DNA of 63,193 nucleotides, the filler included, from Neoconidiobolus thromboides FSU 785 (lineage: Eukaryota > Fungi > Entomophthoromycota): the NCBI GenBank assembly GCA_025603075.1. It is 6 parts of 6 records of this genome, joined end to end, with 100 filler letters (N's around TTAATTAATTAA, not from the genome) between each part and the next. Parts side by side here need not be neighbours in the genome. Positions count along the whole stretch, not along the records: positions 36,384 to 54,709 come from MU626567.1; 5 more parts are not named here. One strand, given 5' to 3'. The notes under the pieces were generated by a model. That model was not told the origin of the DNA. It saw only the letters and a list, made by a program, of their open reading frames with translations, and did no database searches. The stretch's first letter is position 1. Each line of letters opens with the position of its first letter. A program made the position numbers and the translations under genes. This document shows positions 39,840-52,897 of the stretch, piece after piece.

Positions 39840-41581
39840 CATTCTCTTTTCCTTGTACTTTTTTAATATCTTTAATATCTTTAATCTCTTCAATTTCTTC
39901 AAATAATTCACTATCGTTATCAATTTCTTCCTGTTTATCTTCTTTTATTTCATCTTTGTTTTCATTCTTTGGCAAAATTTCAAACTCTTCCCTTAAATCC
40001 ATGAGTTCATCATCTGAGCTTGAAAAATCAAACTTTAATTTCATTTCTTCATATTTCTTTTTGATTTCGCCTTCTTCTCCATTTGCTTTCATTTCCAAAT
40101 TTTCAACCTCTGATTGCTTTTCAACCTCCACTTCCTGTACTTTCTCTACCTTAGGTTTTCTTCCCCTACTACTTTTAGCCTCTTTAACTTCCTTCATTTG
40201 TTTAACAACAGGTTTAACACTGGGTTTAATTATTTCAAATTCTTCCTTATGAACAACATTATTAGTACTATTATGACTGTTATTAGTTCTAGCATGATTC
40301 CTATTCATACTATTGTTATTATTAAATCTCCCACCACCCATTCTACCATTATTTTTAGTTAACATGGTATGTTTTTTGATTACTTCAGCAATAGATTGTT
40401 CTGTGTTTGTATTAGGTAATTTAGGTGGAGATAAAGTAGCCTTAGTTATTCCTCTCCTTGATTTATTTGATAACAGTTTTTTAAATTCATCGGGTATTTT
40501 ATTTGCTTTAGCTTTAGTAGTACCTCGCTTAGTTAAAGTTGTTTTTATTGGGGTATTTTTAATAATATTATGATTTTCATGATTAACTGGAATCGATTTT
40601 TTAATTTCTATTAGTTTAAAAAATTAAAAATTGATCTCTTATTAAACTATTTAATAATCTACCTGGTTTGACTATGTTATTATTTCCTTGATTTACCACT
40701 TTCTTTTCGACTATTTTTTTTACCATTAGTTTATTTCCTAGCTCTTCATTCTTCTCTACTTCATCCGTACTTATTTCATTACCTAATACCTTTTCCTCTT
40801 CACTAATAATTTCACCTTCCTCTACTTCCCCATCATCTTCTTTACTATGAACTTCAAAGCTACTTACCCTACCTAACCCACTACCCCCTGTACTACTACC
40901 TACAATAATTGCTGGGTTTACCTCTAAACTAGGAGGATTATAACGATTATCTTGATAAATTTGGTTCCTATTAGCATAAGTTGTACTATTTTTCATTTGC
41001 TTTTGTCTAAATCGCAAAGTGTAAGCATCGGGAATAGGTTGGATTTCACAACTCTAAATTCAGTAAATGGAATAAAATTCAATTTTAGTGACAAGTGATG
41101 TTTAAATAATATATTTACTTTGTTGTTTTTAAATATCAAAGAACATTCTTGTAATCGTCGAAAGTCTAATGCTCGTCCATCAAAATGGATGGGTGCAGTC
41201 TAAGAGAAAATTCAAATTAATTTTTTTGAGTGAATTTTAAAAATAATTAGCTACCTCTGGTAAAAAGAAAGTAGCATTAGCATGTTCAGCTTCCACTTTT
41301 AATTCACCTTCACAAGTAGGTGGTGGTTTTTTTTCACCATCGGATTTTTTAACTAATATTGAAAATCGAAAAAAAATCTTTAGTTTCTAGTACTTCTTTT
41401 CTGTTCTTTTTTATTTGGAATATAAAAACTTACAAACTATAGAGATATTTTTTTTACTATTATTTTTAATACTATTCGTTAAGATCACATCTTTGGAACA
41501 TTCTTTAAATCCTTTAAATGAAATTTTAATTATTCCATCCCCACTAAACTGACCATTCGTTTGATCTTTAAACCCTAACAT
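38866..41581 (-). CDS. EAF (ELL-associated factor)-domain protein with a long low-complexity acidic/Asn tail; start uncertain (frame open to 41602)
   Basis: Spliced N-terminus TCEGELKVE...FDGRALDF..QECSLIFKNNKSCEIQPI resembles the EAF domain (SCEGELQV...FKG...KDCVLII). ORFs 40616-41017 and 39304-40365 plus continuous frame form the disordered tail; stop after ...STSSESE. Confidence 0.65.
39745..39837. repeat. (ATT)n trinucleotide microsatellite encoding poly-Asn
   Basis: About 31 perfect units within the coding frame. Confidence 0.95.
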
Positions 41582-41826
41582 TATCTCAAGTTGCTTATCC
41601 AAATTTTCAAAATTTTAAAGAGAGAACTTTAATGTGATTAACATAATTAACTAACTTCAACTATAATATAGAATTTTTAATCTTATTGGTTTATTCTTAA
41701 ATTTCTGTTTCAGTGCCCCAAATTATTTAAACTTTAGTTGTTTTTTGATAAAAAATTTCAACTAATTTTGTCAATTTAAAAAAACTGAGATTTTTATTAT
41801 AAAAAAAGGAGCAAAGTTGTATTTTA

Positions 41827-43969
41827 TTAAGATAATTTGGATGACCAAACATTATTATCATTAGAATCAGGATGATCAGGATGACTTGTATGAGTATGCC
41901 CAGTATGATGATTATGAATGCCATCATGATTGTGATGATTATGATGATTGTGCTGACGTTCTCTACTATAATGACTCTGAGTACTATGAATACTATGAAC
42001 ACTACCTCTATCGTCTACTACTCCCACCTTAGTTCCAGGATCCACATGAATAACTTCAATATTAGAACGATTGGATCCACTTTCAATATCTTTATGCTCA
42101 CTAATTTCATCTCCTTCATTATCTCCAGAGAAATCCAATGTAACTACAGGGAATGAAGATTCTTGTACTTCGTACGAATTACTAGAACGAACACTATCAC
42201 CATTTTCTCTGGTTCTATTTGTACCTTCGATTACCGTGTTTTGATCTGATGGTGGTACTAATATAATATCTTGGCCAGGTTTAATAATAGGCAATCTACT
42301 GACTACGTTCATTGCGGAAGAAGCAGTTAAAGATCTTGACCTAGTAGATACATGCTTACCAATATAAAATAATGGAATAGTAATACCATGAACAATAACG
42401 GAAGTTAATACTAAAAATGTAACAATCGGATAAACATAAGGCCGAACTTGTTCTAGTTTTTCAATTTTACTTGGATCCGAAGTTGGATCTTTTATAAATT
42501 CATCAATTAGATTATTAGTTAATACGGATAAAAAGATAGCACCAACACCAATTGGACCAAACCATCCTGCAAAAATAGCTTGTCGCCAATTTCTTATTGC
42601 TGGTGTAAATTTACCAAAGACTAGCATAGCTGGTAAGCGTCGTAATAAAATTATTAGTAGTCCTATTACTACTAAATTGCCATAATTTAAACCTTCAATT
42701 GGAGAAGTATAATCATCCCATGGGATACTAGCACCAAGAAATATAAAATAAGCATAATTGAAGATCATATCAACAACTTCTTGTAAATGAGCTTCTCGAG
42801 TTTCATTTGAAAACCAATTGCTATATTAAATTTAATACAATTAATAAACATATTTATGATAATTATTCTAGTGCAAACCTACTCCCAAGCAAAAGCATTA
42901 CCCGCTACAAAACAAGCTAGGATATCATCTGTACCCAAAAGCCCTAATACTCCAACTAAAAATAAAGCTAAAGCAATCCAAAAGGCCAAAAAAGATTCTT
43001 TATCAATTAAATCATATTTTTCAGCCAAATAAATTAATTTTCGAAATATAAAACCAGCTACAATTCCAATAACTATAGCTAATAATATTTGATAAATCCA
43101 TACTAACACTATCCATTTAGAGATAACAGTTGATAAGGAATCAAATTGTAATAAATATAAAGCTAGATACATATACGGTAAACCAAGGCCTATAGAAGAA
43201 TATTATTAATTTATAAGACCTATTAGTATTATTTCTATTGATTTGTTCTTTTACTTACCATCATTAGCGCCACTAAATAAAATAAAATAAAAAGATCAAT
43301 ATATATATATATATATAATTTATTTACCTTTCAGCAGATAATATATCTCGAACGTTAATAGGAATATGTTGTTCTGCAAATCTACCTTTAACAACAGAAT
43401 TAGCTAATACAGGATCAGTAGGTGTAACGGAGGCAGCAATTAACAATGCTTGTACATAATTGATGGGTAATAAAGCATATAATATAGCTCCACTTATTAG
43501 CCACATAGCTAACATAGTGGGTCCTAATAACATTAATAAAGAGCGAAATTCATTCCATACATAAGCTCTATAAAAAGAAGGTTAATAAATTAGAAATCGA
43601 TAAATACTAAAATTCAAATTTCATTACTTTGGCATAGAAACGCCAGCCGCCATAACCTAAAAAAATAATCATCAGTATTAAACCTAAAAATACATTCTGC
43701 TAAATTCAGTTATTTACTTGAATAGCGATTGCAAACTTAGATAATTCTAAGGTTATACTTGAATGATCATTCAAACTTAATGGATCAAATAAATTTAATA
43801 CTTTTGGTCCAACTATAATCCCAAATAATAAAGCTACTAATGCATCCGATAAAAATAATTTTTCTTTAATGAATAAAGATACTAGACCAAAAAAGATAAT
43901 AAAGCCACCAATTAAGGCACTGACTAAGTAGATTAATTCGGGATGAAGATGGATAACGAAATCAGACAT
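41827..43969 (-). CDS. NHA1: Plasma-membrane Na+(K+)/H+ antiporter (CPA1), multi-exon
   Basis: FGLVSLFIKEKLFLS, ACVTPTDPV-type ASVTPTDPVLANSVVKG, GTDDILACFVAGNAF, GWFGPIGVGAIF, SVIVHGITIP; His-rich C-tail. Confidence 0.93.
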
Positions 43970-45352
43970 TGAGGAATAGAGTTATTGAATCGATTTATAT
44001 TTTTAAATTGAATTATAAATGTTGTATCGTATTGAAAATTAATTATTTTATTTATATATGAATTCAAATTAAAGTGTTATAAATTCACTTAAAAATCATG
44101 AATGTATTTTTTTAAAAAGTTAAAAAAGAGTGGATTTTTTTATAACTATTTGTTATTTAATAAAGTAATTGTTTGCGTTGATAAAAATTAAGAAATTTTC
44201 AAATTAATTTAGAGAATAAAAGAATTTGTTGATAAATATTCTTACTTTAATAACTATTAAGTGATCATTGAGAGCAATTGATTGGTCCATATCTTCACTT
44301 GTTGTGTAATGTTGAATTTGAAAATTCAAAATTGAATCTTTAAAAAAAAATCAAGAGTACCCTATGTCAACAAGTGGTTTCTTTAAAAGAAAGAGTAAAA
44401 ATAATACAATCCATGATACAAATAAGAGAAATATTACATTCAAGAATAAGAGAAGAGGATGGTATAATAACGGGTTGGCAGTTCACATTCAATTTCCTCT
44501 ATTTTTTTAAAAAATTCATTTTCATTTTTATGCTTAATTTGTTCTTATGAATTAATTTAAATTAAATCCAATTTTCAAGAATTATTAAAATATGATGTGA
44601 AGATTACAATACTAGTAATAATGAGTTAGTAAGATCTCAAAGTACTAGTATCATTTGACTGTGTCATTTTACTCAAGCTATACAATATGTAATAGCATAT
44701 GGAACTTTAATATATTAGTAGGGGTATTAGAAACAATCTTTAAGCTTTATTTTTGAAATCTAGGTCTAAAAAAAATAACTCAATTTAAATTAAACTTCTC
44801 CATCTTGGCTCTACAAAAAAAGCATTTATAGTAATTAAATCATTGAACAATTAGTTCTAAATTAATGCCTTTTTTGAAACTCATTACTAATATCTATTAT
44901 ACTAATATAACTAATAATGTACATGTTTCTAATGTTGGCTGCATATTACTCTTTTATGATGGAAAACAATAGTAAATTGTTTTAGGGGCCCAAAATAGTA
45001 TAAATAAATTAAAAAACACCAAATAAATATTTATATTTATTTCATTTTTTTTCAACATATTAAAAATATATAATTTACTCAGCTATTAAAAATAAAATTT
45101 ATTTGAATGACATTGGAGTTGCCCAAATTTAATTCAAAATTTCCAGCCATAAAAATTCAAAAATAGTCACGTCAATCTTGTTCATCTAAAAATTCATTTT
45201 TAAAAATAATATTATGAATATCCAAATCAATTCAAAATTAATATCCATTATAAATTATTCAATATAAAGTGTAATAGCGATAATAAATTCATTATTATTA
45301 TTTTATTTCTTTTTATTTTTATTGATTATTGAAATAATAATAGAATATTACA

Positions 45353-47662
45353 ATGCAATTGTTTTATTTTTTATTTACTTTTATACTGGTTATAAAAGCT
45401 CAATCTCCTTCTACAACTACCACCACTAATATCAATGAATATTTTTATGAACATTTAATCAAGAAATTTTCGGGTCAAACAAATATTATACCCAATAATT
45501 ATGGACCCAAACCAATTGTTAATATGAAAGTAACATGTGATATGAATGACATACGTACTATAGAAACAATCAATTCAATGAATACTAATATTATACTAAA
45601 TATCAATGAACCACCTGTATTTGGATTAAAATTCATTGATAACAATCAAAAGATTATTGTTAATAGAGAAAGCAATGGAAAATATACAATCATTTTATTA
45701 GATTATTTTAATTTAAAATTGGAAGCTATTTATTCAACAACAGCAGCAAGTAGTAATTCAGGACAATCTCAAGGACAAAATTCAAAGGTTGATTTTCTTA
45801 GTTTTAAAGGGAAAACAGGAATGTTACAATTTAAATTACAATCTAATTTAATTAAATATCAAAAATTAGCTAATAATTTTATACAATTATTATTTAATAA
45901 TGTTAAATTATCAGGACCTATGGGATTATTTGAATTTCAAACATTACCTGATAATCAAGTATTAATTACTATTCAAGAAGTATCCTTAATTTCAATTGAA
46001 CATTATAAACCTACAATTGATTTAATTAAATTACAAAAAGAAGGAATTAAAAATTATGAATTTTCAATTAACTTTGAAGAGTTTACTTTAGAACCTTTAC
46101 AAAATAATCAAATTAAAATTATCATTAATGAATTACAATTAATATCATTAAAATCATTAATTGATATTCAAACTATTAAAGAACAAGTTAATATTAAAAT
46201 TGAAAATTTACAATTAATTAAAATATTACCTTTCGATTTAAAATCCGAAATTATACAACCCAATGGTTTATTAAATCCATTCTATTTAACTAAATTTAAT
46301 GGTTTATTACAATTTTATTTTAATGATCCATCTGTTATTAATATTATTAATACAAATAACAATTTATTAATATTAAATATTGCAGGTTATGAATTTAAAT
46401 CAATTCAAAGTAATATGGGTTTAATTAAAGGAAACAAAAATCAATTAATATTATATATTAAAAATAGTCAAAATATTCAACTTCGATTAATAAATGATAA
46501 TAATAAATATAATAATTTAAAATTTAAAGGAATATTAAATATTCAAAATAATACACCTGATACATTAAATGGAAACTATAATTTTATTGGATTTAATTAT
46601 GGATTTAATGAAGAAAAGGAAATTAAAGATGATCAATCTAAAGAAGACAAAGAAAACAAACAAGATAAAGAAAATAAACAAGATAAAGAAGATATAAATA
46701 ATGAATCTAAACAAGAAAAGAAACCAAAAGTAGAAGAAAAACCTTCAGAGATAATAGAGAAGCCAAAACAAGAAATGACATTACCTCCAGCTAAAGCTAT
46801 TAATGCTGAAGAAAATAATCCAGTAGAAGTTTATGATTTAACTAAAATGGATTTAAATAAGTTAAAATTATTTAATACAACAATACAATTAGAAGTGGAA
46901 GATAAAAATAATTTTAAAAAGAAAACTAAAGGAGATCAAATTATATTAATTGTAAATGAACATCAAATTATTGGTAATAAAGATAACATTTTAGTATCAG
47001 AAGATCGAAATAAATTCATTATTGAAATTAAATATCCTTTATTATTAAAGATTGAAGATATAAAGGAAGAAAAGGAAGAAACTAAAAAGAAACCAAATAA
47101 ACCAAAAGATAAGCCATTAAAAGAAGAAAAAGAAAAAGAAGAAATAGAAACATTAACAGATATTGATTTTGAAGAATTAATTCCATGTGATTTATATGAT
47201 TTTAATTTGTTTGATAAAAAAAGACAACCAGCTATTGTACGATATGTAGGAAGTATACAACAAACTCATTATAATACAATTACTAATCTAATTTTTTGCA
47301 ATAAGAGAATTACATTGAACAAAAAAGATTATAAATTGATGAAATATAATTCCACTATTAATTTAATTCAATTTAATAAACCTAATGAAATGAATTATGT
47401 ACCTCAAGATGAAGATTATAATAGTAATATTATGGAAGATGAGTTAAGTAAATTAAATGATTATTTAATTCCAATTGAGATTAAAATATTAGAAGAAATA
47501 GAAAAGATTCAACATTCTATTAAAGATGGCCAGACGGAAATTCAATTATTAGGTTATCAATTAATTGGTTCTGAAGAAAATTTATTTTTAGACAAAAGAA
47601 GTGAAAATGATATTAGAATATTAATTAATGATCCTGCTGGAATATTAATTAATAAATTATAA
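45353..47662 (+). CDS. Uncharacterised secreted 769-aa protein with internal ~60-aa repeats
   Basis: Intronless 2.3-kb ORF in very AT-rich DNA; signal peptide MQLFYFLFTFILVIKA; recurring module; K/E-rich linkers. Confidence 0.8.
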   Translation: MQLFYFLFTFILVIKAQSPSTTTTTNINEYFYEHLIKKFSGQTNIIPNNYGPKPIVNMKVTCDMNDIRTIETINSMNTNIILNINEPPVFGLKFIDNNQKIIVNRESNGKYTIILLDYFNLKLEAIYSTTAASSNSGQSQGQNSKVDFLSFKGKTGMLQFKLQSNLIKYQKLANNFIQLLFNNVKLSGPMGLFEFQTLPDNQVLITIQEVSLISIEHYKPTIDLIKLQKEGIKNYEFSINFEEFTLEPLQNNQIKIIINELQLISLKSLIDIQTIKEQVNIKIENLQLIKILPFDLKSEIIQPNGLLNPFYLTKFNGLLQFYFNDPSVINIINTNNNLLILNIAGYEFKSIQSNMGLIKGNKNQLILYIKNSQNIQLRLINDNNKYNNLKFKGILNIQNNTPDTLNGNYNFIGFNYGFNEEKEIKDDQSKEDKENKQDKENKQDKEDINNESKQEKKPKVEEKPSEIIEKPKQEMTLPPAKAINAEENNPVEVYDLTKMDLNKLKLFNTTIQLEVEDKNNFKKKTKGDQIILIVNEHQIIGNKDNILVSEDRNKFIIEIKYPLLLKIEDIKEEKEETKKKPNKPKDKPLKEEKEKEEIETLTDIDFEELIPCDLYDFNLFDKKRQPAIVRYVGSIQQTHYNTITNLIFCNKRITLNKKDYKLMKYNSTINLIQFNKPNEMNYVPQDEDYNSNIMEDELSKLNDYLIPIEIKILEEIEKIQHSIKDGQTEIQLLGYQLIGSEENLFLDKRSENDIRILINDPAGILINKL

Positions 47663-47670
47663 TAAGTAAT

Positions 47671-47740
47671 ATATTATATTATATTATATTATATTATATT
47701 ATATTATATTATATTATATTATATTATATTATATTATATT
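47671..47740. repeat. (ATATT)14 pentanucleotide microsatellite
   Basis: Perfect tandem array between two convergent stop codons. Confidence 0.95.
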
Positions 47741-49758
47741 TAAATAAATTGTTTAACTTTACTAAATATTCTCTTTAAACTATTATCTTTAATATTCTCT
47801 TTTTTATTTTTATTATTTAATTTTTGTTCAGTTGATTCTACTAATTTACCAATCCATTGTAAATCTTGTTCTGTTGCTTTTTTAGTAATAACCATTTTAT
47901 TATTATTATTATTATTATTAATATTTTGATGATTATGATTAATTGTTTTACTTTTACTTAATGGATGAAATTGTTTATTATTAATAGTTTTACTTTTACT
48001 TAAATTATGTAATTGAATTTCATTTGTTAATTTTGGATTTTTAATATTTGTATTGTTTACGGGAATTGGTAAATAATTACTATTATTACGTAACAAAGTT
48101 AAATTATTAGCATTCTTATTAGTACTATTATTGATTCCATTATTATTCCCAATAGGATTTCCGTTAACTACTTTAATCACCTTAACTTCTTTAACTTCCT
48201 TTTTCAAATTTATATTCTCAATTGAACTTATTTCATTTCCAACATATAATATGTTTTTATTACAACTACTTTGGCGGTTTTGTTTCCTATTACTAGCCAA
48301 TTGTTTATTAATAAAGTTCACTTCTTCTTTAACAATTAACTTAGATCTTAATTGCATAACTTTCGGTTCTTTATTAATTAATACATCTAATCTTTGATGA
48401 ATATTTGTTTGACTTGGTATTTTTTGAATTTGTCCATTTAATTTTTTTAGTACATCAGGATCAGGGATCATTCGATTTGGGCTTATATTTATTTGATTAT
48501 TATTGTTATTATAATGATTTTCATTTTTACTTTCATTTACTGTTAAATTACTATGATTGACACTGTTATCAATTGTCGTATTAATTTTATCTATAATCTC
48601 TGAATTTTCACTGGACATAGAATCATTTAAATTAATAATTTGAAACCCTTGGAGCTCTTCTCGAACCTTTAAAATATCGGAATCTCTTGGCGTTAATGTA
48701 AATTTTTTATCATTAATACCCATTCCACTACCTTCCATTTCACAAACAGAATGTAAAGTCATAGATACTCTTTTACCAATTGATAAGATAGAATGTAATT
48801 TATATGAATCAAAGGAATCTTCTTCGTCTGATAAATTAGATAATTCAAATCGAATATTAGGTTGTGATAAACTACGACGTAAGCCTTTGAGATGCGTGGG
48901 AGATACTTGAAATTCAGTTGGTGGTAGAGGAAATTGATTTAATACACTATCATTGGAATTCATACTATTAACTGTACTAGTACTTAATTTACGTATGGAT
49001 TGAGGTTTATTGATAATTGGCTGTTTTAAATCCATAATTTGATCTTTTATTTCATGCTCATGTTCATTTTCCAAATCACTCATTAATTCTTGAATTGTTT
49101 CACTACTTTCAGAACCTGCCTTATTAATGGTAGTTTTATCTTTCATTTGTTCTACTTTGTTTATTTTATTATTTTTCATATTCTCTTCTTTATTATCAAC
49201 TAATACTGGTGGTGGTGGTGGAAGCATAGAAATAAGAGCTGTTCTAGGTTCAGATGATTTTCTAGATAGAATAGGAGGATCCATTAAAGGTGGAGAAGGG
49301 ATAGAAGACATTGTAGTATTAAAAGAAAGTTCTTCTCTTATAGCATTGGTTGGAGACATGGTCATTTCTTTTACATCTTCATGAAGAGTATTATTGATAG
49401 AATCATTAATATTCATAGTAATGATCTCTTCTTTTTTAGGTGAATTATCTGGATTCATTAATTTTAATTGACCTTGTCCACCTTTTCGAGTTTTGTATTC
49501 ATTTTTTAATTTACTCTGTAATATTCTTTTATTTAAGGTACTTCGTTTACTGATTCTTTTCACTCCTTTGATTGAATTTTGTTCGGATGTTATAGGACTA
49601 TTATTTCGATTAATTAATTTAAAATTAGAAATTGGTAACGATAATGGTGGTGGTGTTGGTTTATTCAATTTTTTAATTATGTTATTCTTAGATTGATAAC
49701 GTAGTTTAAATTCAGATGAATGATGTGCCAATTTATTACTTGAAGTAATAGTTGATGA

Positions 49759-49792
<34 letters not shown>

Positions 49793-50505
49793 CCACCAGT
49801 TAATATTTGTAAAGCATTTGCTTGTTCTTTAATGGTATTGAGTTTATTCATATCAGGTACATTCATTGGAATAGGTGAACTTAAACCCCTTTCTCTGACT
49901 TTAATATCAAATAAACTAGGAGATGATAAAGGGGGAATTGAAATTCTAATACGTTGACCAATATCTACTGGTGGTAAAAAAGAAAACTCCTCTTTTTTAA
50001 TAGCTTCATAATTTAAATTTAAATCTAATTTATATTCAAAACTATTATTCATTAATTTACTTATTGTACTATTATTATTATCCTTGACTATTTCTACTTC
50101 CCTATCAAAGTTTAAGTTTAATAGTCCATTTCCTAAAGTATCTGAAGCTCGAACTTCTTCTTTACGAGATGCTTTAACAGCAGGTAAATTATTGAATGCA
50201 TTTTGATTAGTTAACATTTCATTAAATCCATCTTCAATAAATTTACTTAGATCCGAACAAGTACCTCTAGGTATTGAAGGTAATGGGGAGTTACTGTTAG
50301 AAGCATTAAGTATAGTTGAAGTAGCTAATACTTTTTGTATATTATTATTACAGATATCATAACCTTCAACAGAAGGTGGTAATTTCTTAACATTACTACT
50401 CATCATGATTCGACTTTGTCGTTTCTTTTTGAACATACTTTTTTTATTAAATAAGTATTTGATTGTACTACTTCCCTTCCTTTCAATGTAACTAGTGTCA
50501 CTCAT
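47740..50505 (-). CDS. Uncharacterised 921-aa low-complexity (N/S/K/I-rich), probably disordered protein
   Basis: Intronless 2.77-kb ORF; poly-N and poly-P tracts; no domain recognised. Confidence 0.75.
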
Positions 50506-51326
50506 GACTATTGAATATATATTAATTGATTATAAAATTTAAAATAAAAAGTATTAAAGTTAAAAAATGAGTTTCATTACAATTGACCTCATATTTATAT
50601 TTATCTTATTTTTTGATCATTTTTTATTAGATATATTAATTATCTTTCTTGGGTTCTTTTCCGCTAATTTAATTGATGATATAAACTTAAGGGTAGAAAT
50701 TGTTTGATGTTAATTTATGTTTTAGAGGCTCATTTTAAGATCAAATACGTTTCCAACCAATCATTTCATAGAATTTCTTGAATCTTGAATTTTGAAATAT
50801 TTTGAATATTTTATATTAAATTAAGTGGTAATTTATAATAAGAATTAATAAGTTGAATATTATTCTAATAAGCTCATAAAACATATGAATAAATAATTAA
50901 AGATAAGAAGAAGTTCATTTATTGAAGATTATTGATCATTTTTTAAAAGTTAAATGATTTATGCTTCTAATTAAAACTAATCTTTTAGTTAATATATTAG
51001 CAATTTTTATGTGGATGACAAAATAACGACTTTTATATTCTAATATTCATATAAAGAAATACAATTTTTATATTTATATTTATAAGCTAGTAACTTATAT
51101 GCTGAGAAATTAATTTCAACTTAATCATTTTTTTGTGGTTTTATAAACACTTAAAGCATACAATCATATTTAATAAAAACGAATACAAACTATCCTTTAT
51201 CAATTATAATTAAAGAGCAAACATTATAAATAAACAATCTATTATTTCAAATAAATAATTCATTATGAATTTAAAAAAATAAATAAAACTATATATAATT
51301 AACTTGTTTATTCCATTTACATTAAA

Positions 51327-52897
51327 TTAAGAATAAATCTTAGCTAAGTTTTTTGCAATAGTAGTTAATTGAATATTGGATGTACCTTCATAAATTGAGC
51401 CTATTTTAGCATCACGATAAAATTTCTCAATTGGATACTCTCTAGTAAATCCAACACCACCCATCCAATCCACACATTGAGATGATACTTTTTGGGCAAT
51501 TTGAGAAGAATATAATTTAGCCATAGCAGCTTGATGAACGAAGGGTTGTCCTTCATCTCTTAATCTTGCTGCATTATAAGTTAATAATCTTGCAGCTTCA
51601 ATTTCAGTAGCTGCTTGAGCATATTGATGTTGCATACCCTAAAACAATTGTAAGTATATTATTATTAAAATAATGTTGAATCATAAGTTACTTACTTGGA
51701 AATTACCAATTTTTTCACCAAATTGTTTACGTTCAAATAGATATGGTAATGTTGCATCAAATACCCCTTGAGCTAATCCAAGCATTTGAGCAGCAATCCC
51801 AATACGTCCTTCATTTAATATTTCAATTGCATATTTATACCCTTTACCATATTCCCCTAAAATATTAGATGCTGGTACTTTAACACCATCAAAGGTTAAT
51901 CCACAAGTTGAAGATGCACGAATACCAAGCTATAAAATAGAAAAATTAACTAAGTCTATATTAAAATTAGTAACAATGATTCCACTTACCTTGGATTCTT
52001 TTTTAGCAATTTGGACTCCCATATCTTTTTCAACAACAAAACAAGTAATCCCTTTATATCCTTTTTCAGGTTCTGCATTAGCGAATACTAAGAAAATCTC
52101 TGCTTCTTTACTATTGGTAATCCAAAGTTTATTTCCAGTAATTATGTAATTATCTCCCTCTTTAACTGCTTTAGTACTTAAGGCAAATGCATCGGATCCA
52201 GAACCAGCTTCAGAGAGACAAAAACAACCTACAGTATTTGTAGCTAATTTTGGTAAATATTTTTCATTAAGTTGTTTGTTTCCGTATTTTCGAAATAAGG
52301 TATCTACAAGTGTGTTTTGTACATCACATACTACACTCACACTTGGATCCACTTTGGCCAACTCTTCAATAGTTAAGATTGCGGACATAAAAGAACTACC
52401 ACTGCCTCCATATTCACTTTCGACTTCAATACCCATTAACTAGTAGAATTGTTAATTTGATACTTATTTTAATAGTAGAATTTTAATTACCCCATTATCA
52501 AATAAAGCTTTTAATATACTTGGATCTAAAGTTTCAGTTTCATCCATTTGAGCTACTTTTGGCTTCACAACCTCATTAGCGAATTTGGAAACTATAAAGT
52601 ATTAAAAAGAAAAAGTTAAGCTCAATTAATTATAAAATTTAATATAAAATTACCTGACTCTTTAAGCATCATTTCTTCTTCTGTTAAAGTATATAAAGAA
52701 TTTAGCTCAGCTTCACATGCTTTAATAGAAGTGGAGAAGTTATTTCTAAAAATTGAATCAATGTAAGTATATTTTTATATTTTTTATCTCATGTTTGATA
52801 TACTCTGTTAAAACACAAAGATTGCTTACTTTCTAACTATATTAGATAATCCTTTAGAGGCATTAATAATTCTAGTAAAATAACTAGATCTTAACAT
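51327..52897 (-). CDS. ACADSB: Short/branched-chain acyl-CoA dehydrogenase (mitochondrial), multi-exon
   Basis: [82 protein letters not shown]; basic N-terminal presequence. Confidence 0.92.

Noticed and set aside
44364-44510. 48-codon ORF MSTSGFFKRK... between NHA1 and the secreted protein
   Set aside because: Short, with no recognisable motif or splice context; indistinguishable from chance.
32061-50000. Antisense ORFs over the FUSC, RBG1, EAF, NHA1 and 921-aa genes
   Set aside because: Opposite-strand shadows of real coding sequence with no recognisable features.
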